Source of the DNA: Seison nebaliae
Lineage: Eukaryota
Reading direction: 5' to 3'
DNA length: 64,000 bases
Assembly (NCBI GenBank): GCA_023231475.1
Contig: JALJEE010002316.1
Location: 1-64,000, forward strand
Part shown: positions 1-13,900 of the stretch, piece after piece
How positions within the stretch are numbered: position 1 is the stretch's first letter
Layout: every line of letters starts with the position of its first letter
Position numbers and translations under genes: made by a program
The notes under the pieces: model-generated
Seen by the model: only the letters and a program-made list of their open reading frames with translations
Told to the model about the DNA's origin: nothing
Databases searched by the model: none

Positions 1-145
1 CCACGGAATCTATGCCCATCGATCGGGAATCTCTCGCTGAATTACGCAGACTGATCAATATTGGCGAAGATCGAAATTTTTTTACTTTATTTTCTTCTTT
101 ATCCCGACGGGAATTTCATTAATAAATAATAATAATAATAAAAAA
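1..145 (+). mobile_element. 3' end of a non-LTR retrotransposon copy with (TAA)n/A tail
   Basis: Closely similar to 19284-19430 (atcgatcg..gaattac..gatc..ttggcgaagatcgaa..tttatccc.acggga), which ends an RT-bearing fragment; reading frame stops at the start of taataaataataataat tail. Confidence 0.75.
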
Positions 146-216
146 TTTAATTTTAAATTTAAAATAAATATTATAAAATTTAAAAATAAAATATTAAGTA
201 AAGTAAAATACTGAAA

Positions 217-3200
217 TTAGATTGACTCTCTCTCCACGTCGATTTTAAGATCGTTTAATTTGATAATCGGATTCGAATTATTTTTCGTCTCCTTATTTTT
301 CATGTTTAAATGTTTCCGATTCCATAAACGCTTCATCGTTGACTTCCTCTCCATTTCACATATATCATTCTCGATATTCTTTTCTACTTTCTGAATTAAT
401 TCGTTTACACTCTTCTTTCTGAGATTTGACACTTTCAATTTCTCAATTTTTCCATAGGACATCGTTCCAATTTTCTCATTTGATATCATTTTAATTTTCT
501 CATTTGATATCATTTCATTTTTCTCATTTGATGTCATTTCATTTTTTTCATTCGATGTCATTTCATTTTTTTCATTCGATATCATTTCAATATGATCGAA
601 TGACTCTAAATTAACTTTATTACTTTCCGCCAAATCGATCTGATCTAGTTCTAAATTTCCTTCCATTTGTTCATCTTCCTTGTCTTGAATCTCTTCATTT
701 GAATGACTTTCAAAACTTTTGCTTAAGTTCTTCTGATGCATCATTACCATGACGTTCTCTGCGAAATTTGGAGTGAGAGACACTTTCTTCGGAGTAGATG
801 AAGAGATTTCTTCATTCATTCTCTTCATATTGAGTGTAATGTAAGAGAGTTTCCTATTAACGGTCGAAGTTAACGTCTCTCGAACTGAATCAATTTCATT
901 CATTATCTGAAATCGGAACGATTGAATATCCTGTTTCAACTCCTCAAAATCAGCTAGAAAAATGTTTAAAAGAAAGTGAATTCTTAAGACTCATTAAAAA
1001 CTTGATTGTTCTTCACGTTGTTTGTGTAACATATATCGTTTGATGATTCGATCCATCACTTTCTTGTACGATAATTTATCTGTCACATTTGCCGACGATG
1101 CGTTACCTTCTTCCAGGAATCCATTCTAGGAAAAAAATTATTTATATAAAAAAATTAAAATACGAACACTTTTAAATAAATGTGCTCGATGTGTTTCCAT
1201 GTTGACGGGAATTTGAGCGACTCCATTCGAACTCTCCATTTTCTATTAAGATAATTTGATGAAAACGAAATAATAATTTTTATAAATTAAAATTTTTAAT
1301 AATCATAAATAAATAATAAAATTGAACATTTTTGGGATGACGTTGAGCATTTGTTCGATTAAGTTTCTGATTATTAACCGATAAAAAATCGTCGGAAATT
1401 ATGGATAATCTCTTCGAAATTGTCGGTGGCAATTTCTTACATTGAACTAATTTGCAGATATATTTGCAGAAATATACGAAAGATTTGGGAGTTGGAATAA
1501 TGTTCATCGGTACTGGTAACGTGGCACCAGCTTTGATGTATTCCATATATAATTTGGATCGAGCGAATTTCCATTCAACATCAGCGTCACCCTATCCCAA
1601 GAATTAATTAGAATATAATTTATTAGAATAATATCAACTTGGATACTTTCGAATGATTTACTCATCATAGCGATCAACATATTGAGAAGGACGATATCGC
1701 ACGATATCATAAATGTCCCATAGACGAACAAACCGATATTTGTCGTCACACTATTATTATATTCGTCTAAAGAGACAAATTTAGGATCGACCGCTCCAAA
1801 TATTGACCAGAAAACAGTTCGAAATGTTAATTCAATTCTAAAATTATTTCAAATAATTCTCATAAAATTTGAGAAAAAAAACGTTCCAAATTTCATTTGA
1901 CTGTTTGTTACGATATTTCGTTCATTAATTTCAACTTTCTTCCGAATTGATGCATTGTAATACCAATACAAATTGTTCAGAGAGATCAGAAATGCCAAAA
2001 AAACCAAGAGAAATATCACCGCAAATTTCACAATATCCTATAAAATAATAATAATGAGAGAAATAATGAAAAATAGACATTTTCTAGAAAGAAATATTTC
2101 TTTTCTAACCGTCACCATTTTCCCTAAAGATATTTGTAGAGGACCTAATTGTTGATTGGCGGGAAGAATGAACATAATTCTCGTAAATGATAAAATGTTG
2201 GCAATGGCGAACATATTCTCAGCGAGATTTCTTGGATCCCATTGACTCCAATTGAATCGATCTGAATTTGAAGGAGAAAAGAAGAAGAAATTAAATTAAC
2301 CTGCGTCTAACCAATAAACAATTTTACCAATTCTCTCGATATACGCTCTCTCGTCTTCACCAGGATGTAATCGCCAGTTATTGATATGTGATAATTTGTT
2401 AAGTGATTCTGTCACCTGAAAATTTTGAAAAAATAAATTTTCAAATATTTTAAATTTCCTTTAAAACTTTGATAATTGTGAAATATTTGAGGGCGAATGC
2501 AGCGACGTATAAAATATTCATTGCCGTATCAACCATATTATTCCATGCACCGAAATATTCCATAAATCCTTCATTATACACCTGCTTAGATTCCTGCCAC
2601 AGGAAACCCACAACCCAAAGTGCAATGGCGATATCCAACGGAACGGAATAAAATTCTCGTAAATAAAAATCGTGACGAACATTCGCACAAACATATGCCG
2701 CATTCCCATCAACATAATGTGGTTCTGTCGCTGAATGATGAAAATTTCAAATTTGAAAAGATATCATGGAAAATAAACATTGATTTCCACATTTCACCGT
2801 GAAATTATCATATCTTGCTCGATAACTGAACAATTCTTGATAATTACAATAAGCATTTTTCCACGCTTTTGACAACGAGAATTGTTCGTGCTGAACACTC
2901 ATCGATTGCAAACTCGAACTCACGATCATTCCAATGAACATCAAATAAGAAATTGTATGTCCAATAAATTTGACACAAGGTTGTCTCATTATTTGACTTA
3001 ACTAAAACAAAGATATCCAAAATAATAATTAAGGAAATTTAAATTTAAAAAAGATATGTAACTTTACTTTTTGGGGCGAAAATGTAGACGATACAAAAGA
3101 ATGGTAATAAGAAGATATAGAGACAAATGAAAAGGAAATTCATAAAATTATTCATTTTACTTATTCGATGTATGCCTGAATACCAGATTTCCACTAATTT

Positions 3201-4272
3201 CTGTTGACACGATGGATGAGCTACGAACTATTTTTAAAATTGAACTACTTCAAAAAAAGTGAATTTCAAAATGAATAACTTTCTTTTCATGATATTTGAT
3301 AGCGAGATCCATTCGAGATAGCCGTTCGTATTTCTCTTCATCATCTCTCCCTGTTTTTGAGAGAATACTATAAAGTTCTTCTTGTGATCGAACTTTATCC
3401 AACAACTTCACAACATAACTACTCAACGTATTCGCCAAATGTGTATATTCACTCTAAAAATGATCAGAAATGAACACAAAATAACTAAATAATTTGAATA
3501 AGAATTGAACTCGAAAATATTTCTCTTGTTTCGATAGTTCGCGAAGTTCATGTGCCAATTCGAATGATGTCAATATTGGATCAGGAGAAGCTAAAGAAAT
3601 GTAAGATTCACTAGCTAAAGCTTTGTAAGCGTTCAATCTGGATTGTGCACTTCTCAATGAATCGAATGTGATTCGATTAAGACAGTCGTTACATTTACAA
3701 TGATAATCATGTGGTTTCGTCATTCGATCGCCATTCAACAATAACATTTGAACGATTTCCGTTCGATTATATGTAGCGGCTAACATTAATGGTGTGACAT
3801 CGGGTGAGAATTGTGCGTCGTTATTGGAACTTTTCGACCAGAACGAATCGTCTTGTCCGTCACTAATGAATTTCCTGTCAGTTAAAATTTTGTATTTGGG
3901 ATGTCTCAAAATACATTCCGCCATTTGTACATGTCCCAAATATATGGCTAATAGTAAAGCTTCTCGAATTTTTGGTGAGTCCGAACGATCCAATAACATT
4001 AAAACTATTTCTATGTGTTCCGATTCGACTGCTAATCTCAAAGCGGATCGACCCAAATTGTCCACAATGTCGATATTGAAATCAGCTTTCTCAGTGAGAA
4101 TTTTTTCCACTGTCGGAATATCTCCATTTTCACACGCACTGAGAAAGATGGAATTCAATGACAATTCGGTATTCTCATTTTCCTGAAATTTATAATTAAT
4201 ACCATTAAATCGAACATTGGACTTATTGTGAGAACGCCATTTCTCAGACTTGAGAAATCTATTCGTTAACAT
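217..4272 (-). CDS. TRPC-family (TRP-gamma/TRPC-like) cation channel, 13 exons
   Basis: Ankyrin repeats, TRP_2 motif [22 protein letters not shown], pore [19 protein letters not shown] box [22 protein letters not shown]; 12 introns restore the frame, all with GTT donors; start codon approximate. Confidence 0.93.
469..590 (-). repeat. In-frame 21-nt tandem repeat, M(I/T)SNEK(N/I)x about 5-6 copies, in TRPC C-terminus
   Basis: [40 protein letters not shown] in translation. Confidence 0.85.
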
Positions 4273-5153
4273 ATTTTCCACAACTATCGATTCTCATGAA
4301 ATAAATAATTTATTTTTTCAAATATGTTACGAAACTAATTGGTAATGAGAGAAAGAAGACACATCAAATCAAATGAATGACACGTAAAATGATTTGGAGG
4401 AAGATTTTTCTGTTGCTATCACTCCTATTTAGTAATTCGTTTACCACTTATCTTTTCAACACATCACACGGCTTCTTCCAATTGCATCGAAATGTTTCAA
4501 TGAGAACTGCTACAGATTGTTGACTTCCTTTCCAGTAATTCAAATAATTTTAATGTCGACTATCACTCATTCGTCGATTAAACATTCCGACTCGATCACT
4601 CTCACAATTTTTATGACAGCAACGAAAAAGGAAACTAACGAATGATTTTGATAAAGGAAGGAATTGACGAACCATACCTTGTGTCGGATGGTGATGTTTC
4701 TTGTACACAATTGATTTCTTCAATTTATCTACCGCCACAGAAATACCATCAGTCTGATTCATAATTTGCAGATAAGAATTCTTCTTTTTCTCCTTAAAAT
4801 CATTATCTTAATACGTTTCATGAAGGGGAAAAGGAAAAAGCAACATAAAATTTATTCTCCCACAATCCACATATTTAGTACGTGATGATTCTCCAATTGG
4901 TTAAAATTTTTAAATGTTCTCTCAAATGCAGATCATTTTAAAAGACAACTAATTTTATATGGAACAAAAAGAATAAACTTCTCCCTTACCACTCTTAACA
5001 CGAGAAATATCGGTACAATTTTTAATAGTCTATTTAATTCTCTTAATAATAATTCTCTAATTAATTTATAATACAATCGATATTTTTACACTTAAACATG
5101 ACAAAGAAATTGATTGACATCGAACGGAAATGAGTTTTTTCCTTAATTCTCTT

Positions 5154-5627
5154 TTAATTTATTGGGAAATCGAATTTGAAAAATGAAGAATTATGAGTTT
5201 CTAATACAGTTTTTTGGTACTTCCGATTGTTCAATTTATCAACAAATTCTCCACCTTTTTCCCGTTTTTCATCTATCGAATGCAACTGGACGGAAAATTT
5301 GGAATTATCATATAATTTTTCTTCCTCTATTATTTTCGAATGATAATTTGGACAAATGTTGTGCATCAACATTCTCTTCTCGATTTTCGACGTTCCTGAA
5401 TTCTTCAACGAGTTTTTCATTTTATTCAATATTATCAAACGTTTCTCATCATTTTTGTTTAATTTTTGATTAGAGTTCTGTAAACTATTCATTTTCCTTT
5501 CACAATAACATATACACCATTTGACCTCTAAAGGAAATCTATCATCATTAACAACATCAATATTCTTTGGATTGTTCTTCGGAATATTTGATTTCTTATT
5601 TTGCCGTAATCTCAAACGATTTGCCAT
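5154..5627 (-). CDS. UPF0488 / C8orf33-like protein
   Basis: FPLEVKWCI and SKIEKRMLMHNICPNYHSKIIEEE resemble C8orf33 family motifs; C-terminal FFKFDF. Confidence 0.65.
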   Translation of the reverse strand: MANRLRLRQNKKSNIPKNNPKNIDVVNDDRFPLEVKWCICYCERKMNSLQNSNQKLNKNDEKRLIILNKMKNSLKNSGTSKIEKRMLMHNICPNYHSKIIEEEKLYDNSKFSVQLHSIDEKREKGGEFVDKLNNRKYQKTVLETHNSSFFKFDFPIN

Positions 5628-6399
5628 TTAAAATTAAATTTAGTTAATTTTTTAAATTATTCATTTTAAATGAAATTCAACATTCATTATATTATAAAAT
5701 AAATGAAAAAAAAACAATTTTAAATTATAAGTTTTATTATGATATTAGATGATTAAACATATTTCTAATTATTTTCTTATAAATTTTGTCCTAAAATTTT
5801 ATTTCCCAGTATATGTTGATTTTGTCCTATTTATTCTCGTATTGGAATTAGTCCCTAATTTCGATCCATCTGCTGAGGATGAAGTGAGTTCATTTTATCA
5901 AATAAACTGGATGATGAGAGTGTAAGGACTGATGTCATATTCAGCGAAATCATATGTCGATAATAGTCAAAGCTGTTCGTCCAATTATAGTTGGTAAACC
6001 ACTAGTCAACGATGTACTTGGAAACGAGTTATCAATTTGATACCATCTGATAAAATCAAATGTATTTTTATTAATATCATTTGAGAAAATATTATTAGCT
6101 TAGGATCGAAATGTATTTGTAATCGATGTTCCGAATATATTTCCATTTACAGTAGTGATTGTAGAAGTGCAAATGGTTTTGTTTCCGGTTGTTGTCGACA
6201 AGGAGGTTGGTGTAAAACAATAACTATTCTATTTTCCACAAAAAAGTAAAATGGCTATATTTGTAGTGGTTTGACAACAGAACAATCAAACAGCGCTCTT
6301 CGTTGTATTTTGTTAAATTTTTTTAATCTCATAATCTTCCAATCTCAACTCTTCTAAACATTTATTCTCAAATTCATTCATTCTTATAATCGAAATAAT

Positions 6400-6745
6400 T
6401 TTCCTCGATCGATCCCACGCATCTGGCTCAGTAATCGACGTAACTTAATAAGTGACATTGAGTGTCCCAGCCGTCGTATCCATCACATCCATATTTGCGA
6501 TATGTGTATATGTTTTAAATTTTGTTCTGAATTCTAATGATCGAAGTTCCGTTGTCAGATAACGTTGAGAAATAAGAAAACAAAAGGGTTTCAATCCGCA
6601 GATGGAGAACATAAATTCCCTATTAAACAATTTGTAGCAACCTAAAAATATGCGAATTGTTCTATTATATGTTCGGTCAAGATATAACAGAGATTCACGA
6701 ATGGAGATTTTCTTCAGTTCTTCAGGAGATCCAATGATCAAATGA
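6400..6745 (-). mobile_element. Degenerate non-LTR retrotransposon ORF2 C-terminal fragment
   Basis: LDRTYNRTIRIFLGCYKLFNREFMFSICGLKP matches LDRTYNRTIRMLLGCGKPFNRAFMFSISELKP of the RT ORF at 30697-31611. Confidence 0.8.
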
Positions 6746-7063
6746 TTTTCCGAGGATTTCCATCTTTAATAAATTCCAGAAGTTTTTAAATTCAAAATCG
6801 TTCAAATATACAAAGGGAAAAAAACTGAAAAAAGAGATTCCAATCAGACTATTTGTCTATCTACTATTTGTATAATAAATAACCGACACATCATCAATCA
6901 AATAAAGATGATTAATTTTAAGTTTTAAAAAAATAATTAGTCCTTGAAAAATAACTAAAGAATGATTAAAAATTGGTAAAATCGAATAATAAATAAATAC
7001 GTAACAGAATTATTAAGTTGATTTATTTTATTATATAATTTTTGCTAACTCTTCGAATTTATC

Positions 7064-7408
7064 ATGAGTGTCGTATGTCAACTTTGTTATGAAGAAATTT
7101 CAAGGTCTCCTGAACCAAGTGAACAACTTATTAAAATATCATGTGGTCACAGATTCCATGTCGGTTGTTTTCAGAGATTATGGAATAGAAAGCTGCCAAC
7201 CTGTCCCATCAAAGTTTGTGCACGAGATATCGGAGAAACGGAAGCAAAAGTGATAGATAAGATTATATGGGAATTTGTGGATAATCAAGCAGACGGTTAT
7301 TATCACGAGAATGACGGCGAATCTAAATATTCTACGTTGTGGGGAATAGGATTGGCAGCAGTAGGAATTGCCATCTCCACTCTATATGTGATGCGAAAAC
7401 GTGAATAA
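7064..7408 (+). CDS. Small RING-H2 protein with C-terminal transmembrane anchor (putative E3 ligase)
   Basis: CQLC..CGHRFHVGC..W..TCPIKVC; hydrophobic LWGIGLAAVGIAISTLYVM followed by RKRE. Confidence 0.8.
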   Translation: MSVVCQLCYEEISRSPEPSEQLIKISCGHRFHVGCFQRLWNRKLPTCPIKVCARDIGETEAKVIDKIIWEFVDNQADGYYHENDGESKYSTLWGIGLAAVGIAISTLYVMRKRE

Positions 7409-7915
7409 TGATAAAGATGATTATTCATGTCATTAAATTGGATATTAAAATAAATTTTCTTCAAAAAAAAAAAGAATATTTAAAATTATTTTAAAAACAA
7501 TTTATAAAATACCAACCATGAAAATTGTTTGGCAATTCAATTGTTGATATGATGTTAATTAAGAAATATTATAAGATAATAAAAGTTCAAATTCGATTCG
7601 ATGAAATTGAAAAATTTCACAACAAAGAGTTCATGTAAAACAATTTAAGATAAAGTTAAATTTTTGGATTTTACAAAGAAAAAAAACAGAAACACAATTT
7701 TTCCTTGTAATTTTAGTGACAATACTGTACTTTAAGATTCAAAAAGGCTAAACTATTGAAAAGAAAAATGAGAATTTATTATGAGTATGATGTATAGAAA
7801 GATGTGTGAAGAGTATCCTTTTGAAACGAGATGTGAAAATAAACTTTTATAAGTCATTTGTTCTTTTGAGAAAAAAGTGAGTTTTAAACATAAATATTAA
7901 TTATTATAAAGATTA

Positions 7916-10900
7916 ATGGAATGGAGATTTGTTTCGAATCCCCGTCGATGGGCTGATTATCTACGAGAGAAGAAATCGTGGTCAATCGACGATTTCGATG
8001 ACCATTTTCGACAATTGGAAGAGATCGAGTGTACCGATGATAATGGAGGACTGTATTTTATCGTGTGGTTGAAATTGACGGAAGCGGCGAAATCATTTGA
8101 AAATTTTATTTGCTGTGCTCAAATAAAATCATTTCTGAAAATTGAGAAAAAAATCAAAAAATTAGATCAGATTTTTTATAATTATAATGAAGGTCTTCTC
8201 ATGTTCTTCCGTCGGATGATGACGATGAATTTTGAATTTGAATATGAAGAACCAGATACAATTCTGAAAATTTATTTGGAAAAATTGAAGTATTTTATTT
8301 CGAATAAACAAATTAATAAATTCATTCGATATTGCACATACATTTACGTCTTTGGCAATATGGCGTTCAATCGAACATATCCATTATGTATGGCAGAAAT
8401 GGATTGTCTTTTCCAGAATTTCACCGAAGGTCGTAAAGCGAATGATGAAACATTTAATTATTTCAAATCAGTCCAAACTTATTTCACTTCGTATAATAAA
8501 GCGGAATGGAAAAATAATGATATTCAAATAAAATATCGATCGTGGCTCAATTTTTTGAATTGTTGGATGTGTTATGTGTGTTTAGCGCCCACTCCTTTCA
8601 ATTTCAGTTTCGGTAGACAAAACGCTGGAAATATTAGCGAGATACCGATGAGTCGACATATGCCGTCAGAGTTTTATTCGTCTCCTGATATGGGATCTGG
8701 TTTCCGAAGTCATAATCAAACTATTCTTGAAGTGGTGAAAGATTGGTCTATCGGTCATCCACTTATGAAACATAAAACGAAGAATTTCATGGAGAATTAT
8801 GCAAATCATTGTAAATCGATTCGAATTATTCGTCCAATTAATTTTTTATTAACTTCTTCAAATTGTTATGAGGAAAAAGAAAATTGTATAAACAGTTTTT
8901 TCCGGAAGAAAAAAAAAGAAGAAATTGTCAGTCATTCATCAGAGAAATTTAAACGAGAAAGAGGAGAATTATTTGAGAGAATTCGATCGATAGATGAATC
9001 ATATTTTTCTCAGGATTGTCTCAAAGCGAAAAAACCGTTAGATGTGATTGATAGTGAAATGAAATATTATTTTAATAATGAAACTATCGAATGTAATTGG
9101 TTCTATCAACATCTTTATATTCTCAACGATTATTTCTATCAATTATTAAATGATTGTGAAACGGAGAAGAAATTATTTCAATTATTATTAATAATTTATA
9201 AAAATCTCATTTATTTATTTGATTTATGCAAATTAATTGGGGAAGATAATGGTTGTTATTTCCATCGATATGGTTCCGTTTATGATGTATTCCAATGGAA
9301 TAAACAGATTCAATTCCATTGTTATAATGTGACGATTCATCTCCAATTATTATTTCTCCAACGATCACTTTATGTTAAAGAGAAAAAGGAGAGATTGTTG
9401 TTGTTAGTGACTCAAATTCGAAATGAATTTCTATTAATCGCTAACGTAATTCCATCAATACGACGTCTTTTAGCCACCACACAGAATCCGCATAATCTTC
9501 GTTTACGTCAAACCATTTCTCTCAGTGTTCTCCAAGTGTGTTATTGTCAAATGGAATTGATGGAAATGGGAAATTATAAAACCATCTTTTCTCAACATTT
9601 CTGGAAAACGATGATAAAAACGAATGAAATTCTCGTTGTGAGAATGATGAAAGATGTGGGCATGCATTATCAGGCACATATTCGATTGTTGGATAAAAAT
9701 GAATATTTCAGATTTGAAGAAGTAATTTATATGCGAAGTCTCATGCTCGATTGGATATTGGAATTATTTGTAAAAATGAGACAATTTATTCGATTACATC
9801 CACAACGAAATCGTCAAACACATCAGAAATTGAAAGATATTCTTACATGTTCTTCATTAAATATCAATGACATCATCAATATTATCCAATATTATACATA
9901 TAATTTGTGTCAAGTGAATGTGAAGGAATTGAGACGGAATTCAAATCATGTCATCGAAACCACAAAAGAATTCTTCCGACGATTAACACCAGAAGAATAT
10001 TTCTATCTTTATGACAATACACGTCTCGTCGATAATATCGACGCACCACAAAATACAATGTCGCCAATTCTGCTGGATTTGGAACGAAAAGATCTGGAAA
10101 TTTTTCCATTCGGAAAAAAATCGGAAAAATTCAACGAAATCGAACGACAATTGAGGGAGGAATGTAATATGTCAGAAAATGCTAACTTTGAAAATTTATA
10201 TTTCTCTTTCAAACATTCTCTCAAAATCAAAAATTTCCTAGAAGATCTTTTCCTCAAATCATCACAACGATATATGAATGAGAGATGTCGAAAGAATCAT
10301 CTCGTCGATATGAAAATGAAACCGTTGAAGAAATCAGTACATGCGATCTGTTTACAGAAACAAATGATAAAATACACACAAATCTTCATTGGTTATTCAT
10401 GTCTCGATTTATTATTGGCATGTCCAGAAGAAATTCAAAATATATTATTAGAATTAAATCATCCAAATCCACGACCATATCCTCATTTTTCAGTGAAAGG
10501 AATTAAAATGTATATTAATTTTGTCATAAATCGAATTGTTCATGTTATCGAATGGTTAAATTATCATTGTTATTCACTCAATACTTTAATGACGGAAGAA
10601 TTTTATGAAAAAGAATCTCATTTATTGGATGATGTAAATGGAAGAAAAGTTGAATATTGTTATAATTTGAATAGTATTCTCTTGTCGATGATACCAGAAA
10701 CGATTAACGAAGAAATGGAAGAAGAATATCGTCGTGATCGAATCATCAAAATGGAAAGGAAATTTTATAAATTAATCGGATTGGGACCATTGTTAGAGAA
10801 TGGTTATCGAGAATCGATGTTCAATGTGGATGAAACGGAAAATAAATTACCAAATATAAATATTTATGGTTGGAGAAATGATTGTGATAATTCAAGTTCA

Positions 10901-13900
10901 TCGACAACTATCGATACGGATGAATTGAATACGAAACATTCTGATAAAATTAATATGTTCGCCGTCATTCGAAAATTTACTGATGGTCGTTCCGTTGATG
11001 CTGATATATTGAAACGACGATGGCGTCATCATAAATCCATTCATCTTTATATTGATAAAATGATTGATTTTCTAATTCGTCAATTTGTTCCACTCGTTCC
11101 ATCAAAGAAGAATTTACTTAAAATTCTTTATTCTCATTTCTTCCGATATTATTATGCATCGAAAGAAGACAAAAAATATACAAATGATATGACGATATTC
11201 GATTTGAATCGAATGGAATGTAAATATTATGATGTGGATTGGTTCCGTTGGTTTTCATGTGAACTCGATTATTTTATGACTTATTTTCCCGATCATTTGG
11301 AAAAAAGGGAAATTTTAATTTCAAATATTCTCCGAACTGAACCCGTTGATAAAGTGACGATAATAAACCGTTGTTTTATTCATCTGTTCGCAGTGGAAGC
11401 GATGTTATCAACTGATTCGAGAGATATGAATGGAAAAACACCAGAAGAATTATTGAAAACGGCAATTCAATTTTATGGTATTGAAAAGAAAAAATTCGAT
11501 AATCGAACCACAAGAAATATCGTAGAAATTATTTCGTGTGAGAGTCTTTTGAAAATCCAATTGGCTCTTATTCATTTTTATCATTTCCTTTTATTTTATC
11601 GAAATATTCAAATCGAAAAAAAATCGGTTTATAAAAAAGTTTATAATCAAGATCCGTTACCCAATCAACCCGTTGCTACGTCGTTAACGAATGATCTCCG
11701 AATAATTGTGGATTCATATAAAAATTTAAATTATAATCAACATATTTCAATTTTGTTAAATCGAGCTACGGAATTTATTGTCGATCTCATCAAACACATT
11801 TCCATCAATTATTATAAATTATCATTGATTGATGAATCGTCATTGGATAATATGGATAAATTGGAGAAAGAAAAATTATTATTATTTCTCGAACGATTAT
11901 CAATTTCGACGGCGAATATTGGAAATTTATGTGGTCTACATCATCGAATGATGAAATCATATCGACAGGAATTAGCGATACGATTACTCATCCTCCAATT
12001 ACCTTCTTGTTATACTCGAGAGGCAAATCGGGATCATGTTTTCCGTAATTTCGACGAATTCGATTGGGTCAATTTGAGTGCGAATCTCCAGAATCATTTG
12101 GAGAATCTCCAATGTGAATTTGACGTTCATCCTTTCAATGAGTCAACGACAACTTCCGAATTTTTCAATCCGAATTGTAACTATAAATTAGAGGAATTTG
12201 ATCCGGCTGAATTTATACCACAAACATTTCGAACATTTATTGCAGCACCGACATCTGTTGGTCGTTGTCAACATCAATTGCGGAATGCATCGAATTATTT
12301 CGTGGAAATTCAACATATTATTCATCTCCTTCTTTTTCTTCGTTATGAAAATATCGCTTTAAAATTAGTAAAATTAGTTGAGAGACAAATGATAAAATTA
12401 CGTTTTATTGAGGATTATCCGTTTTATTCTTTCGTCTTTTCAATGTATGTGACGATTGCTGAAGTATATGCGAAAGTTGGATGTGTAGAAGAAGCGTTCA
12501 AGTATCTAGATAAAGTAGAGAAACATGATCAATTTAATCGTCACATTCTCACCACACTCCTTCTCAAAATTAGTATAGATAATGTGAAAGAAGAAATTCT
12601 TTTCCGTTATCCAAATGATTATCATGCTCATTGTAAGACATATGTGTCAGAGAAGTTTCATAAAGAATCAGTTCATAATTTATTGAATTCACAACAATCA
12701 AATTTACATCAAGTGGCAAAATATTTGTTTGGAACTTCATTCGCTTATCGTCATTTGAAAGAAGAAGACGAAAAATTTTCTTTGAATTGTCTCAACGAAA
12801 CTTTTCTCATTACAATCCATCTGATGTTTCATTCATATCTTCATGCAATCAATCTTCAATTACGATGTGGTTTATCGAAGAAAGCACGTCCAATGCTCAA
12901 AGAATTATTAGATTTGTCTGTCATTCTAATCATGCCGGAATGGCAGAATGGAATTTTAATCGAATATATGACTTGTGCCATATATGCCTATGATTATGAT
13001 GCCATGAAATTATTGCAACAATATTTCCATGACACATTTCCAACTGCTTTCTTATTTTCTTTCCATTTCACTTATAATATCGATGGGAAATATGGGAAAT
13101 TGTTAGAAAAGAAATTACAAATGAAATTGAAAAAAAAATCGGAAATTTTTTCAGATAAAATCCTGTTGGGAAATCGTTTCAATATGGATGATGGCGATTC
13201 ACGTTTCAAACAACTCACCACCATGTATATGAAAGATACGGAATTGTCGAAAGTGAAATATGTGCGAAGTGAGAAACATGGGAATTATGAGAGGGAAACA
13301 ATTCCATATTATCATCGAGATCCAATTCAAGAACATCAAGAAAATGAAATGACAAATAGTCGATTTGAAAAAACTAATTATTTTTCCACTATTCATCTCA
13401 TGGAAACGGTATGGAGGAAAGTGACGAGTAAATTATTGAAAATTTCGTTGAAATCAAATTGGAAATCAGAAGAAGAAAATGATGAGAAAAAATTCAAAAA
13501 ACATTTAACGGAATTAGTGGGAGAAGTGGAGAAAGATGATGCATTTTATTTTGAAGAGAGTCAAAAAACTTCAAATTTTAATGTGATAAAATCGAATTGG
13601 TTTGTGAAATTTTCCGTGAATTTATTGTTGATGCATTCCTTATATTCCGTCGAATGTTATGATAATGAGAAGGCTCTCCATCGATTCCGATTACTTTCCG
13701 CTATTCTTCTCGTTTGTCATTTGGAAACTGAATTTTTCATTCGACATTTATTTAAGGGATTAATTCTTTTCAAAATTAGACATCCAATTCATTATGTCGC
13801 TTGTCTCTTCAAGAAAGAGAAAACGGTAACGGAAAATAATAATTTGATGGAATTGAAAACCTTTGTCGATTGGGAGGCTATCAATGCAGCGAATGGTGAT

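Noticed and set aside
4550..4762. 70-aa ORF upstream of TRPC
   Set aside because: Could not be spliced in frame to TRPC; probably 5' UTR or chance
5800..6333. Ser/Thr-rich coding-like stretch on the minus strand
   Set aside because: Multiple stops and no consistent exon structure; at most an unassignable pseudogene
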